From assembly GCA_964035575.1 (NCBI GenBank), contig OZ037838.1, forward strand, positions 124,001 through 188,000: 64,000 nt of DNA, given 5' to 3'. Under the pieces are notes generated by a model. It was not told the origin of the DNA. It searched no databases and was given only the letters and a program-made list of their open reading frames with translations. Position numbers and translations under genes: made by a program. The stretch comes from Rhynchopus sp. YZ270_cl-10. Taxonomy: Eukaryota. Below, one piece after another: positions 26,625 to 40,400 of the stretch; the first letter of the stretch is position 1, and each line of letters opens with the position of its first letter.

Positions 26625-28340
26625 TGCTGTGTGTGGGTGTGTAGTGTGTGTGGTGTGGGTGGCGCACATCTCTATAGTAAAGACTAAAAAACTAAGGTTT
26701 TTTAGGATTTTTTGGTCAAATCCCCCTGGTGGTGAGGGGGTGTGTGTGTGTGTGTGTGTGGGTGTGTGTGGGTGTGCTGTGTGTGGGTGTGTAGTGTGTG
26801 TGGTGTGGGTGGCGCACATCTCTATAGTAAAGACTAAAAAACTAAGGTTTTTTAGGATTTGGTGACGGGCTAAAAAACCTGTCGTTCTGTGTGACACTTC
26901 CATGGAAACGTGATGAGGACCTCCCTTTTTTTACAGGTGGTTTTTTTTGTAAGCACCTCACACACTGGGCAGGCGGTCAGCTATTCGCTTCCCGCGGGGC
27001 GTTCGCGTGCGCGCTTCGCGCGCCCGCTCACGGTAACGTGTACAAAAAAACCTCACTCGTGCCTGTAAAGTGGCCTGTTAAAAAGTGGTGTTTTTGTCGT
27101 AAACGCCAGATGGTCAAAAGAGTGATCTGACCATCTTTCCCCAGGTATAACTGGTACTCAAAAAGTTCATTAACGAAAGAATCTTGCACTTTTGACCATC
27201 ACATATTAGATGTGTTTTTTCAGGTTTTTCAATGCACTTTCCTGTACTGGGAAGCATGCCACAAGTGTCATGTTTTACAAGGTAAAAATGACCAAAAAAG
27301 CTGATTTTTGGCCGAATGCCACATGTCATTTGGCAGTCCATTTTCTGAACACGACTGAAAAAAAATTTTTTTTTGGGCCTCAATACCCCCAAACAACACG
27401 TTAAGCCCAAAAAATTCACTTTCTGATGAGCAACTATATATTTAAAAAAATCGATTTTTTGGTCAAATCCCCTCTGGTGGTGAGGGGGTGTGTGTGTGTG
27501 TGTGTGTGGGTGTGTGTGGGTGTGCTGTGTGTGGGTGTGTAGTGTGTGTGGTGTGGGTGGCGCACATCTCTATAGTAAAGACTAAAAAACTAAGGTTTTT
27601 TAGGATTTTTTTTTGGGCCTCAATACCCCCAAACAACACGTTAAGCCCAAAAAATTCACTTTTGGATGAGCAACTATTTATTTAAAAAAATCGATTTGGT
27701 GACGGGCTAAAAAACCTGTCGTTCTTGTGTGACACCTCGGAAACGTGATGAGGACCACACTTTTTTTAGAGGTGGTTTTTTTTGTAAGAACCTCACACAC
27801 TGGGCAGGCGGTCAGCTATTCGCTTCCCGCGGGGCGTTCGCGTGCGCGCTTCGCGCGCCCGCTCACGGTAACGTGTACAAAAAAACTTCACTTGTGCCTT
27901 CTTGAACTGGCTTTTCCGGTGAAAAGTGCCTGTTGAAAAAGTGGTGTTTTTGTGGTAAACGCCAGATGGTCAAAAGAGTGATCTGACCATATTCCCCAGG
28001 TATAACTGGTACTCAAAAAGTTCATTAACGAAGGAATCGTGCACTTTTGACCATCACATATTAGATGTGTTTTTTCAGGTTTTTCAATGCACTTTCCTGT
28101 GCTGGGAAGCATGCCACAAGTGTCATGTTTTACAAGGTAAAAATGACCAAAAAAGCTGATTTTTGGCCGAATGCCACATGTCATTTGGCAGTCCATTTTT
28201 TGAACAGGACTGTCTTAAATTTTTTTTTTGGGCCTCAATGCCCCCAAACAACACGTTAAGCCCAAAAAATTCACTTTTGGAAGAGCAACTATTTATTTAA
28301 AAAAATCGATTTTTTGGTCAAATCCCCTCTGGTGGTGAGG

Positions 28341-28375
<35 letters not shown>

Positions 28376-30405
28376 TGCTGTGTGTGGGTGTGTAGTGTGT
28401 GTGGTGTGGGTGGCGCACATCTCTATAGTAAAGACTAAAAAACTAAGGTTTTTTAGGATTTTTTGGTCAAATCCCCCTGGTGGTGAGGGGGTGTGTGTGT
28501 GTGTGTGTGTGGGTGTGTGTGGGTGTGCTGTGTGTGGGTGTGTAGTGTGTGTGGTGTGGGTGGCGCACATCTCTATAGTAAAGACTAAAAAACTAAGGTT
28601 TTTTAGGATTTGGTGACGGGCTAAAAAACCTGTCGTTCTGTGTGACACTTCCATGGAAACGTGATGAGGACCTCCCTTTTTTTACAGGTGGTTTTTTTTG
28701 TAAGCACCTCACACACTGGGCAGGCGGTCAGCTATTCGCTTCCCGCGGGGCGTTCGCGTGCGCGCTTCGCGCGCCCGCTCACGGTAACGTGTACAAAAAA
28801 ACCTCACTCATGCCTGTAAAGTGGCCTGTTAAAAAGTGGTGTTTTTGTCGTAAACGCCAGATGGTCAAAAGAGTGATCTGACCATATTCCCCAGGTATAA
28901 CTGGTACTCAAAAAGTTCATTAACGAAGGAATCTTGCACTTTTGACCATCACATATTACATGTGTTTTTTCAGGTTTTTCAATGCACTTTCCTGTACTGG
29001 GAAGCATGCCACAAGTGTCATGTTTTACAAGGTAAAAATGACCAAAAAAGCTGATTTTTGGCCGAATGCCACATGTCATTTGGCAGTCCAATTTCTGAAC
29101 ACGACTGAAAAAAAATTTTTTTTTGGGCCTCAATACCCCCAAACAACACGTTAAGCCCAAAAAATTCACTTTTGGATGAGCAACTATTTATTTAAAAAAA
29201 TCGATTTTTTGGTCAAATCCCCTCTGGTGGTGAGGGGGTGTGTGTGTGTGTGTGTGGGTGTGTGTGGGTGTGTGTGTGTAGTGTGTGTGGTGTGGGTGGC
29301 GCACATCTCTATAGTAAAGACTAAAAAACTAAGGTTTTTTAGGATTTTTTGGTCAAATCCCCCTGGTGGTGAGGGGGTGTGTGTGTGTGTGTGTGTGGGT
29401 GTGTGTGGGTGTGCTGTGTGTGGGTGTGTAGTGTGTGTGGTGTGGGTGGCGCACATCTCTATAGTAAAGACTAAAAAACTAAGGTTTTTTAGGATTTGGT
29501 GACGGGCTAAAAAACCTGTCGTTCTTGTGTGACACTTCCATGGAAACGTGATGAGGACCACACTTTTTTTACAGGTGGTTTTTTTTGTAAGCACCTCACG
29601 CACTGGGCAGGCGGTCAGCTATTCGCTTCCCGCGGGGCGTTCGCGTGCGCGCTTCGCGCGCCCGCTCACGGTAACGCATCACAAAAAAACCTCACTCATG
29701 CCTTCATGAACTGGCTTTTCAGGTGAAAAGTGCCCTGTTAAAAAGTGGTGTTTTTGTGGTACATGACAGATGGTCAAAAGAGTGATCTGACCATATTCCC
29801 CAGGAAAAACTGGTACTCAAAAAGTTCATTAACGAAGGAATCTTGCACTTTTGACCATCACATATTACATGTGTTTTTTCAGGTTTTTCAATGCACTTTC
29901 CTGTACTGGGAAGCATGCCACAAGTGTCATGTTTTACAAGGTAAAAATGACCAAAAAAGCTGATTTTTGGCCGAATGCCACATGTCATTTGGCAGTCCAT
30001 TTTCTGAACACGACTGAAAAAAAATTTTTTTTTGGGCCTCAATACCCCCAAACAACACGTTAAGCCCAAAAAATTCACTTTTGGATGAGCAACTATTTAT
30101 TTAAAAAAATCGATTTTTTGGTCAAATCCCCCTGGTGGTGAGGGGGTGTGTGTGTGTGTGTGTGTGGGTGTGTGTGGGTGTGCTGTGTGTGGGTGTGTAG
30201 TGTGTGTGGTGTGGGTGGCGCACATCTCTATAGTAAAGACTAAAAAACTAAGGTTTTTTAGGATTTTTTGGTCAAATCCCCTCTGGTGGTGAGGGGGTGT
30301 GTGTGTGTGTGTGTGGGTGTGTGTGGGTGTGTGTGTGTAGTGTGTGTGGTGTGGGTGGCGCACATCTCTATAGTAAAGACTAAAAAACTAAGGTTTTTTA
30401 GGATT
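18501..30405 (+). repeat. Family-A mosaic array with 898-bp and 1751-bp higher-order units
   Basis: ORF-track periods are 898 (23344/24242/25140) and 1751 (25140/26891/28642). Units are full elements plus extra ~150-bp right-end modules. The array ends at the right terminus ...TTTTTAGGATT (30405). Confidence 0.95.
19455..21597 (-). repeat. Inverted block of family-A copies
   Basis: After ...GCAGTCCATTT (19454) the sequence reads as the reverse complement of family A (CATGACACTTGTGGCATG, CA-rich tracts, GGTTTTTTAGCCCGTCACC). This continues to ...CGTTAATGAA, where forward ATTTGGTGACGGG resumes. Confidence 0.93.
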
Positions 30406-30419
30406 CATTAAGCTGTGGA

Positions 30420-30488
<69 letters not shown>

Positions 30489-31474
30489 TGTTGTTCAACT
30501 TAGCCCTAGGCTCGCTTTTTTTATCTACATCCAGTGACAGAGGGGGTACTTACTAGTCAAGCGAGTATGTAAACAGCTAGATGTCCAGACAAGGGCACTT
30601 TACTATTGTACTGGCAAGACAGTGCCTGAAAACACAGTTAGTGGCACTAAAATAGAAAGCATGTGGGACAACTACAACCAACACTTCCCTGCAAATAAGC
30701 AAAAGGGTCGTATGTGAGTGCAATTTTTCCCAAAAGGAAAAGGGGAGGGGATGGGACGGGAGGGTTGCTCTGTCTACCGGTGTAGTTTTATTTTGCTTTG
30801 TCTTGGGGAGGGGAGGGGAGGAGAAGGAGGGGATTGAGTGAGCCGTTTCCTCTGTAACACACAAACAAATAAAAAGGAAGTTCCATAATCTTTTTAGTAG
30901 TTTTCTTTTTGGTGAAAATTTTTGAGAACTTCAGTAAGTGTGACCTGACCCGACTGACTGACACCCAAAGGGGAAAACAACAATAACGCACAACAAAATC
31001 AACAACAACAATGGTGGGTCTCGTGCTTACCTGTGGTGGTTTTGAAAAATGAAAAATTGAAATTGACCTTCACAAGGTAAAAATGAAAAACTAAAGGAGT
31101 GAAAAAAGGAACTCAAAGGACAAGAGTTCTGTACAAACTCTACTCTACTGCACAATCTATAAAAGTGGCCCAATGGCTCCTGATGCCACTGGCCTGGCTC
31201 TTAGACAGGTCTTACTCCGAGACTGCCCTCTACCCTCAGAGCCTCGTCCAAGGGGTACGGGCCGTCGCTGGGGTAGACCCGTCCTAGCCAGCAGCCAACC
31301 AAAAATATTAACAAATAGGAAGGGGGGCGGAAAGGGGGGAAAGGGGGGGCAAACCCCAAAGGATGAAAAGAACAAAAAACACAAAATAAAAAGGGTTAAA
31401 AATAAACATGGGGCAAACTGTCATTCTCTACACGCTTCTACACACACACTCTCACCCTCTAACTCTCTAGCTCT

Positions 31475-34400
31475 CTAATTCTTTTTATTCCCCTTTTTCC
31501 CCTTCCTTCCTCCGCTCTGTCTCCCCTTCTGTCCACCACCGCGACCATTGCGCCCTCTCTGCACCTCCTGTGGCGAGAGCACATGCTGCGTCGCTTGTGC
31601 CACTGCGTCGGTGAACACGTTCGACGTGTTGGACCTACCCTGAGCTGCATGGCGCTGGGGTCCTTTGGGAGCTGGGGAAGGAGCAGGTTGGGCGGAGGAG
31701 GTTGCATTGCCACGGCCTGCCGATGAGGAGGAGGAAGAAGTGGAGACTGCAGGTTGGGCGATGGAGGTTGTAGTGCCACGGCCTGCAGAGGTGGAGGAAG
31801 AAGAAGAAGAAGAGGAGGCTTGAGGTTGTCGGCCTATTCCCTCTCGAGCCGCTCGTGCCTCATTCTCCCTCCTTGTACTCTCCGCTGCAAAGGCCTGCCC
31901 CCTACTGCTCCGGTTGTCCGTCAGGGCATGCAACGTCGACTTTGCCTTGCACTTTTCCTGAACCGACCACTCATGCAAACCCACCACCTTCATCACCTCA
32001 TACCACTGAGTGAAAGTAGCGGTAGAGAGGGGGAGTGACAACAAGGGTCTGCCATCCTGTTTCTCTCCCTGACGGTAGTGGAACAGGGAGATCCACTTCG
32101 TCACAGAAGAAGGCACCGGCGACCCCATGGTGAGGCACGGGAAAAGACCCCCCCTCTCCGTCCGCTCCTCCTCCGTCCACATCCAAGCCTCGCTCTGCGC
32201 CCTCAGCAATTCCCTCACCCTCGCTTGCTTCTTCTGGTCAGGGATGCCTTCCACTGACAGAGAATGCGAGCGATCCGCCCCCTCCCTCGCGGTGTCGAGG
32301 TCCTCCTCCTGCTCCTGCTCAGCATCATCCATCTCCTCCACCTTCACACGCACCTCGGTGTCTGCCGCCTCGGCCTGTCGCCCCACCTCCTCCTCCAGCT
32401 GATCCCGAGAAGGGGTTCCCCAGCTGACCCTGCCTTCCCGAACGACGATGACCGCGCTGGTCTTGCCCCAGGTGTCGCAATATCCGGCCTCCCCTGCTAT
32501 CTTCCTAACCGCCTGACGGGCGACCACCGACTCCGGGCAATCACCGTCCCCCTCCCCGTTCCCACTCCACGGCTGCTGTGTCGCCCAGCAGTACAGGAAC
32601 TCGCCCGGGCACGGAGAAGCACCTTGAGGACCAAAGAGAGCCATCCAGTCGCCGACACAGTCAGGTTCGAGTCCTTCAGGGTCGTCGCCCACCGCTCTCC
32701 GCACCGCATGGCAGGGGAGGAATAGCCGCCCTTCGCACACCACCCCAAAGCACCGCCCGTATGCCACCATGCGTTCTGCCTCCAGCTGTCGGGAGAGGTT
32801 CACCGCCGTCAACAACAGAGTGGTCGCCTTCTGCTCCGACTCATGCTTAGCTGCGATGGCGTAATGCCTCTCGCAGCGTTGCCTGTCATACTCCGCCCGG
32901 AGCGACTCTCCTGCTTCGGGGTGCCGATCGCAGTCTTCCAAGTACTGCGCATGCATCTTCTTCGCGTCCTCTGCGAGTTCCCGCTTGTGCCTGGCGGTCA
33001 GCTCCTCCACACGATGCCTGTCCGCCGCCTTCGCCTGGTCCAGACGCACATTCTGTTCCTCCAGGAAACGACTCAACTCCTGCTGGCGGTCGCCAAAAGT
33101 GCCCCGAAGCGCGGCCAAATCCGGTCCCCACGACCGACGATGCTCCCGCCGTACCTCCAGGGCTTGCTGCCACGCGTCCGACGCACGCTGCAACGCTTCC
33201 TTCTTCTCCTGGTCCGCCTTTTGTTGTTGCTGCTTCTGCTGTTTCCGTTGCTTCTCGTGCTTCTGCTGCTTCTGTTCTGCCTGCTGCCCCTCTTCGCCCG
33301 CCATTGGCGTGTCTACCTCCTCGACGTCCTCGCCCTCGGGAGCTGGCACTGCTGGAGAAGGAGCCCGTTTAGGTGGTGGGTCTCCGCTCCCCTCCGCAGA
33401 GGCAGCCTGAGCCGGAACATTCGAGTGCAAAAAAGACAGGGCACTGAAGTATTCCGCCCTGCCAATTTGCGACAGAGGGCAGTGCTTGGACCCCTGAGCG
33501 CAGTGCAGACATGCCAAGCCACCACACGTGTGACAGCAGAAGTGTGCGTCCGACGCATCGAAGAGCTTGCTGCATTGTTCGCACTGCAGGAAAGTGTTCG
33601 ACGCCTCCGCCTCCCTCGCTCCCACAAAAGCCATGGGGCGCTCTGACTGGCACTCCCCCTTACCACCTGTGGCCTCAAAAGACAGGATGTGCTGCTGCAG
33701 AGCCGGGTCCATGGTGAGGGGCTCGTAGTGTCCCGGGATACTGCCGGATCCATCTGCCGCATCCTGATCACCCGAGTGGAGGAGAAGGACCACTGCCTTA
33801 GGCCGTTTTCTTGGCACCATCAGAGAAGGGCGGGCGAACTCGTTGAGGATGACCACAGATACCTCAAGAGCCTCCCCTGCCCCAGCCACTGCAATGGCAT
33901 CCGCCCACGTACGCTGGTCTCCTCTGTCCCCACTCGTCATCAGCCGCTGCCAGACCCCAAAATTAGGGACAGCCGCACTCGACAGATCAGCGCGGCCCTG
34001 GACCTTCTTCACTGCCGCCTGGCGTAGACCCTCCACCGTCAAATCCGTGCGCCCGGTGGCGAAGAGCAAAGCCTCAAAAGCACAGTCCCCCGCCACAAAC
34101 GACCAAGTCACCTTCGAGGCTCCCAGCTTGGCCGCCTGCTCCGTCGCCCGAGGCCTCTGCGCTGCCGGGCACTCACGCAAAAACTCCCACTCACGCACCA
34201 CATCGAGACCAGGCCCTTCCGGAATCACGGTGGCCGAATCGAACCTCCCGGTCCGCTTCCTCGGTGGCTCCACGTGGTCCGGCTTCACGTCCCTCTTGCG
34301 CTTCCCCTGCTGCTCCTCCGTTCGGTCTGCAGGACGACTCATATCGTCGTCAGGGTTCGCATCGTCACAGAGAGGTTCCACGGCCCCTGCACTGCGGCGT

Positions 34401-37400
34401 CCAAACCGGTCCATGTCCTCTGCAGACGGTGCCACATCTACCTCCACACACGGCTCCCGCTTCAGGGTGGCAATCCCTACACACATAGCACCCCGCTCCA
34501 GAAAGGAAGATGCGACCTTTTTCTGGTACGCCACCGCAATGCTCTCCCGGATGCGCAACTCTGCCGACCCTGTCAGGTGCGACGTCTGTCCCGTCGTCAG
34601 GCCTCCAAGCTGCGCAATCAAGAGGTTCGCCTCGTCGCCTGCACCCCCGAAGGCTTCAAACACAATAGGGGAGAACTTGGTATTGATCTTGTTCAAATCC
34701 CGCTCGTGCTTCTCCCGTTTGACCTGGCCCTGGTTCTTCGCCGACCAGCCCACAAACTTCGAGGCCCCTGTTCTGTAGGAAGGCAAGGTGGGGCACACGT
34801 GGGTGATGTCCAAACAACGAGGTCCATTTTCCGCCACTCCTACTGGGAGGTAGACGTCGCCTGGCCGCTTCTTCGACTCCAACTCCACTCGCACGGTCTC
34901 CTCCAAAGCAGGGTCCAAGCCCGCCCCTTGAGCAGCTCGGTACACCGAATCCCGCAAGGCGTTGTGGCGGGCGACGCGGTGTTTGGAGTAGGGGCAGCCA
35001 AAGGTGTGGTCGCCAAAGGAGTCCATGACAACCCTTTTCTGCCCCCCCTGACATGCCGAGCAAGTCGTTCCCTCCGCATGGATGGCCACCCCTAGTCGGA
35101 AACGGGTCACAACCGCAAAATCCGCTGAAGACATCTGGTTCCTTGCTGAGGGTGTCGCCGTGAGGTACGTCCCGGAAAGCGGCAGGAGAAGGGACTTCAT
35201 CCGTGCTCGGTCTCGCATGCAGAGCTGTTGCATCAACTTGTCTGCCTGGGCGTCAATCACCGCAGATGACAGACTCTGCTGCTCCAGGATCTTCTTCGGC
35301 TGGGCCCTGTCCACGTGAAACGCCACCGGTACCCTGGAGTTGTACTCCTCAGCCGCGCTGTTCCATCTCTCCTCATCCCAGGTGAAGGCAGGGTCCAAGG
35401 CCTGCGACAGTTGCAGGTTCCCTGACTGAGAGGCGAGGGACGCAGCTGTCCGATGGTCCACGGTGCGACGGATACCCAGCCCCCCAAGCGCCACAGGAAG
35501 CGCCGCCTGCGCCCTTGCCAACTCCGGCAGCGCCCCATCCGGGTCATGCAGAAGCGCAGCCAGGCACCTGTCGATCAGGTCGTCAAAGGCCGTCAGGTAC
35601 TCCGCGCACTGTGGGATCCCCCGCATGTAGAACACCATGCGGCAGTAGCCTTCGCAGTATCTCAGTACGTAGAAGGCTGCCTGGGAGTCCCCGAGGTCCA
35701 CAAGGGCTTCCAGGTTGCGGCGGGAATCGTCCACCTTCTGGGCCATGTACTCCTCGCAGAAAGCCGCAGACCCAATGGGGATGCCCAAGAAGTCGAACCC
35801 ATCCACATCCAACAGCCGGAACCCGCCTTCACCCATGGCGTCCTGTCCACCCTCGTTCAACGTGAACCCCACGGCCTCGAGATCCTCCTTGGAGACGCCA
35901 CCAGTGGAGATGAGCTCACACTTGTTCGCGTTCACCTCCAACCCCAGTTCGGAACTACGAGTGCACAGAACCTGGTACGCCTCAAAAACCGCCTTAGGGG
36001 ACCCCCGCAGAGAGCCGTCATCGAGGTACCACAAAGTCCCATCCAGGCCTGGGTGCCCCTTCAGCTCTAGCGCCATCTGGTGGATGGTCAGGGAGAAGAG
36101 AAGCGGGCCCAAGGGATCTCCTTGTTGAGCTCCGCGCTGTGACCTTATGGTATCCCCACCATAAAACAGGCTGGAGGGCTCCAGGTAACACCATCGCACC
36201 CATGGGGCCAGCTCGGGGAGGTTGGCGTCGACCGCTCTTAGCATCGACAGGCGGTCTACGCAGTTGAACGCGTTACGGTAGTCAATTTTCAAAATGACTT
36301 TACCTTTTCCGCGGTTGCGCACGGCGTACTGCGAGATAACATCAGTCGCCACTGCCGCCCCCCTTGCCGTTGCCACCCCCACCTGGTTCCCTCGAAGAAG
36401 AAGCGTCCTAGCAGGCACCCGCACTCGCGCCGACAGAATCTTTCCCACCAGTCTGCGGAGAGTGTCCCCAACCGCAATCGGACGCACGTCCTCCTCCAGG
36501 CCCGGCCCCTTTGCAGGCTTCCGGAGAGCCACCAAGTTAGCGCCGGCGAAGAACTCAGCCACCTCCACTGGAGCATTTCCTCGTGCCAAAGACGTCAACA
36601 CTGCGGCCAGCGCTGCCAAAGTGCCCTTAGCCCGCCTCTGTAGGCAAAGTGTACGAAGGTGCGCGCCCGTCACGTTCGAGGGACCCGCCGCCGATGACTT
36701 CGGCATGCTCCGCAGGGCCTTCATCACCTCCACCACTGTCACCGGTGGGACCTCCTGAGGCTGGGGCCAATCCGCCTGCTCCAGGGCCTTGGAGTCGGCA
36801 GCGGCTGGGTGCTTCGTCTGAAGCTTTTCCAGCGTCGCCGGTGTCTGTGGGGCGAGGCCGTCGCTGGTAGCGCAAGACATGGCCTGGCTCGGGAGTCCTG
36901 CTCTCGCTTTGGCGATGGTGCGCTTCCGTCTCCCTTCGTCAGTGTCCTCATCCGACCACCCAGAGGGCCTTGGCTTCCGCTCCTCTACCGTTTGCTCCCA
37001 CAGGGCGACATACTGGCCAGCCTTCCAAGCCTCCAAGTCCTTCCCCCAGGTGCTCGTCAAACGTCGCTCCTGGTCCTTGCCCCCTCGTTCTGTCCGTGTC
37101 CGGTGCAACACAGTGAAGAACAGTGCAAGGCGCTTCCATGCCACCTCGTCTTGGTACTCAAGGATGTCCATAAGAACCCTCAGGAAGAGCTCGCTGTACA
37201 GCTGCAGGTGTTTGTCTGGGCACCCGCCCTTCAGCTGGATCCTGGTGGTCCCCATGACTTCAAAGGAGGGGAGGTCATCCTGATCTGTCAGCATTCCTCG
37301 ACTGGAGGGAGACGGAGCGGTGAAGCCTTCTTCGCCAAAGTGCACCGTACAGGTGTTGCAGACCTCCTTGCTCTGCGGCAATAGCATGTCGCACTGATCG

Positions 37401-40400
37401 TTCGCACAGCGCGACATGCCCAAGTGGCCCAACAGCTCGTCGGGGATGTACGCTCCATCCGCCTGGTGGCGACGCATATGCTGCAGCAAGCCCTTACGAG
37501 ACAGGCCCCCGACCGCATCACTCGAAGACAAAATTCCCGCTCTGCATCCATCAAAGGGGCAGAACACCCGATCCGCATTGATGTGCCCCAGCTTGGTAGC
37601 CAGGGGGGCGGTGGTGGTGGTGTTGGTGGGGATGATGCCATCCAAATGCGCTGTGTCCAGCACTGCCTGCCGAGCCTCCTTCCTCATCTTCTCTGCCATC
37701 CCCTCCTTGGTCTTCCCCACCACCGGGACAAGCTCCACTGCCTCAAAGTGAGAGTCACAGAGAGCGATGACGACCGTGGGAAGCTTCGCTTGGAAGCTCT
37801 CCGCGTACGACTTGGCGACTCTTTTGCTACCAGGGGTGATGCGCACGAGGGGGTTCTCTTCCGACGCCTGCACCACCACGATGTTGATGCGGGATGCTGT
37901 CGCGGTGAGCTGAAGCCCCAAGTGGTTGAGGTGGGCCTCGCCGGTCACACCATTGGCAAACTCCGTCATGGCCTCCTGCGACCCCAGCACCTGCACCAGG
38001 CGGTTCGACACCTCCACTGCTGTGTCATACAGCTGCTTGCGCATTGCCCTCACGTCCGGCTGCGTGTCGTGGTCCCAGAGGTGTAGTGCCACATAACCAC
38101 AATCATTTGTGGACACGTTGGGGATGCGTTTAGCTCCAAACTTCGCCAGAGTCGCGTCCACAGACACCGCTTGCTCTGTATACGCAGGAGCGTTCACGTT
38201 TGCGCACCCACCGGTCAACGCAAACGGGGACAAGCTGATCGGGTGCTCCGGATCCGCAGGGGCAGGGCGCAGGTCCCAGGGCGTCACCGCTCGCCACAAC
38301 AGCGACAGCAAGACCAGTAGGGACACCACCAGCATGCCAAATGCCATCCCGATCCTACGAGTCCACCTGCGTGCTGCCACACGGCGCACCTCCAAGAGAA
38401 GAACCCAGCCAAGTGGGCGCGCGACGCCGACCAGTGCCACAAAACCCGCCAAACAACCACCTGCGGACCATGCAACCCACACCCACTCGGCTGCACACAC
38501 CGACAACTGACCCACCCCCATCACACTGGCCCTCACCAAGCTGGCAGCCACTCGGATCCCTCCGGTCCATCGGCGCACTCGCTCGCTCGCCCCTTCCAGC
38601 CACCGCCATCCTCTCCGAACGCGGCACAGTCCCCGCAGCACACCCACCCCCAGCACCTCCGCGTCCCGAAAAAGCGCGCAACCCAAAACATGTGGCGCTG
38701 ACCTCCCAAGCTCAGACCCCACAAAAACCAGAACCCAGATGGCCACACACTGCAAAGCACCTCTCAACGCATCGGCGACCCTGATCCTGCGGAAAACTGG
38801 GTGCGCTGCCGGAGAGGGCGGACGATTGCAGGGCGCCTTGCGCCGACGGAGCCTGCCCGCCTGTGACTTGGTCCAGTTCAAGGACCGGTGTCCTCGTCGC
38901 GTCCTCCTGGTCCTCCTGCCCACTAGCCACAAAATGAGATGACTGAGGGTAGGGGCGCGTCTGTCCTTCCACAGATCCAGGACCGCGAACGACACAAACA
39001 CTCCCCACTCAGGTGCCTCGACTACCCAGCAGGGGTCAGGTTGACGCAAGGAGGTGAAGACCTCCCAGAGGTTGCACCACCAGTCGAACCAAAACTCTAT
39101 CTGTACACACCCCTTTTGCCACACCCGCATCATCACACAGCCACTCTGTCCTTCTCGCCCCTCAAGGCTGACCCCGAACACCAGCATACCTCGCTCACCA
39201 CCCCCTAAGTTGTTGTTGCTGCGTCTGCTGTTGATGTTGGTGCTGCTGTTGGACCTGCTGTTGGAACTGCTGCTGCAGAAGTCTATGGAACTGCAGTTGA
39301 AACTGCTGTTGTGCCTGCTGTTGGAACTGCTGCTGGAACTGCTTTTGGAGACGCTGTTGGACCTGCTGTTGGAACCGCTGCTGCAGAAGTCTTTGGAACT
39401 GCTGTTAAAACTGCTGTTAAGCCTGCTGTTGGAACTGCTGTTGGACCTGCCGTTAGAGCTGCTGCCGCGGAAGTCCTTGGAACTGCTGATGAAACTGCTG
39501 TTGTGCCTGCTGTTGTGCCTGTTGCTGGAACTGCTTTTGGAAACGCTGTTGGAACTGCTGCCGCAGAAGCCATTGGAACTGCTGTTTAAACTGCTGTTGT
39601 GCCTGCTGCTGGAACTGCTTTTGGAAACGCTGTTGGAACCGCTGCTGCAGAAGTCTTTGGAACTGCTGTTAAAACTGCTGTTAAGCCTGCTGTTGGAACT
39701 GCTGTTGGACCTGCCGTTAGAGCTGCTGCCGCAGAAGTCCTTGGAACTGCTGATGAAACTGCTGTTGTGCCTGCTGTTGTGCCTGTTGCTGGAACTGCTT
39801 TTGGAAACGCTGTTGGAACTGCTGCCGCAGAAGCCATTGGAACTGCTGTTTAAACTGCTGTTGTGCCTGCTGTTGGAACTGCTGCTGGAACGGCTGTTGG
39901 AAACGCTGCTGCAGAAGTCTTTGGAACTGCTGTTGAAACTGCTGCTAAGCCTGCTGTTGGACCTGCTGTTGGAGCTGCTGCTGCCGAAGTCTTTGGAACT
40001 GCAGTTGAAACTGCTGTTGTGCCTGCTGTTGGAACTGCTGCTGGAACTGCTTTTGGAGACGCTGTTGGACCTGCTGTTGGAACCGCTGCTGCAGAAGTCT
40101 TTGGAACTGCTGTTAAAACTGCTGTTAAGCCTGCTGTTGGAACTGCTGTTGGACCTGCCGTTAGAGCTGCTGCCGCAGAAGTCCTTGGAACTGCTGATGA
40201 AACTGCTGTTGTGCCTGTTGCTGGAACTGCTTTTGGAAACGCTGTTGGAACTGCTGCTGCAGAAGCCATTGGAACTGCTGTTTAAACTGCTGTTGTGCCT
40301 GCTGTTGGAACTGCTGTTGGACCTGCCGTTAGAGCTGCTGCCGCAGAAGTCCTTGGAACTGCTGATGAAACTGCTGTTGTGCCTGTTGCTGGAACTGCTT

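Noticed and set aside
449..30363. Dozens of short ORFs in the satellite domain
   Set aside because: They are translations of non-coding repeat and GT tracts, mostly with non-ATG starts, no domains and frameshifting T-run variation.
21590..30411. 9-bp inverted repeat TTAATGAAT/ATTCATTAA bracketing the right-hand array
   Set aside because: It is short and AT-rich, and it is derivable from an internal element sequence (TTCATTAA), so chance cannot be excluded.
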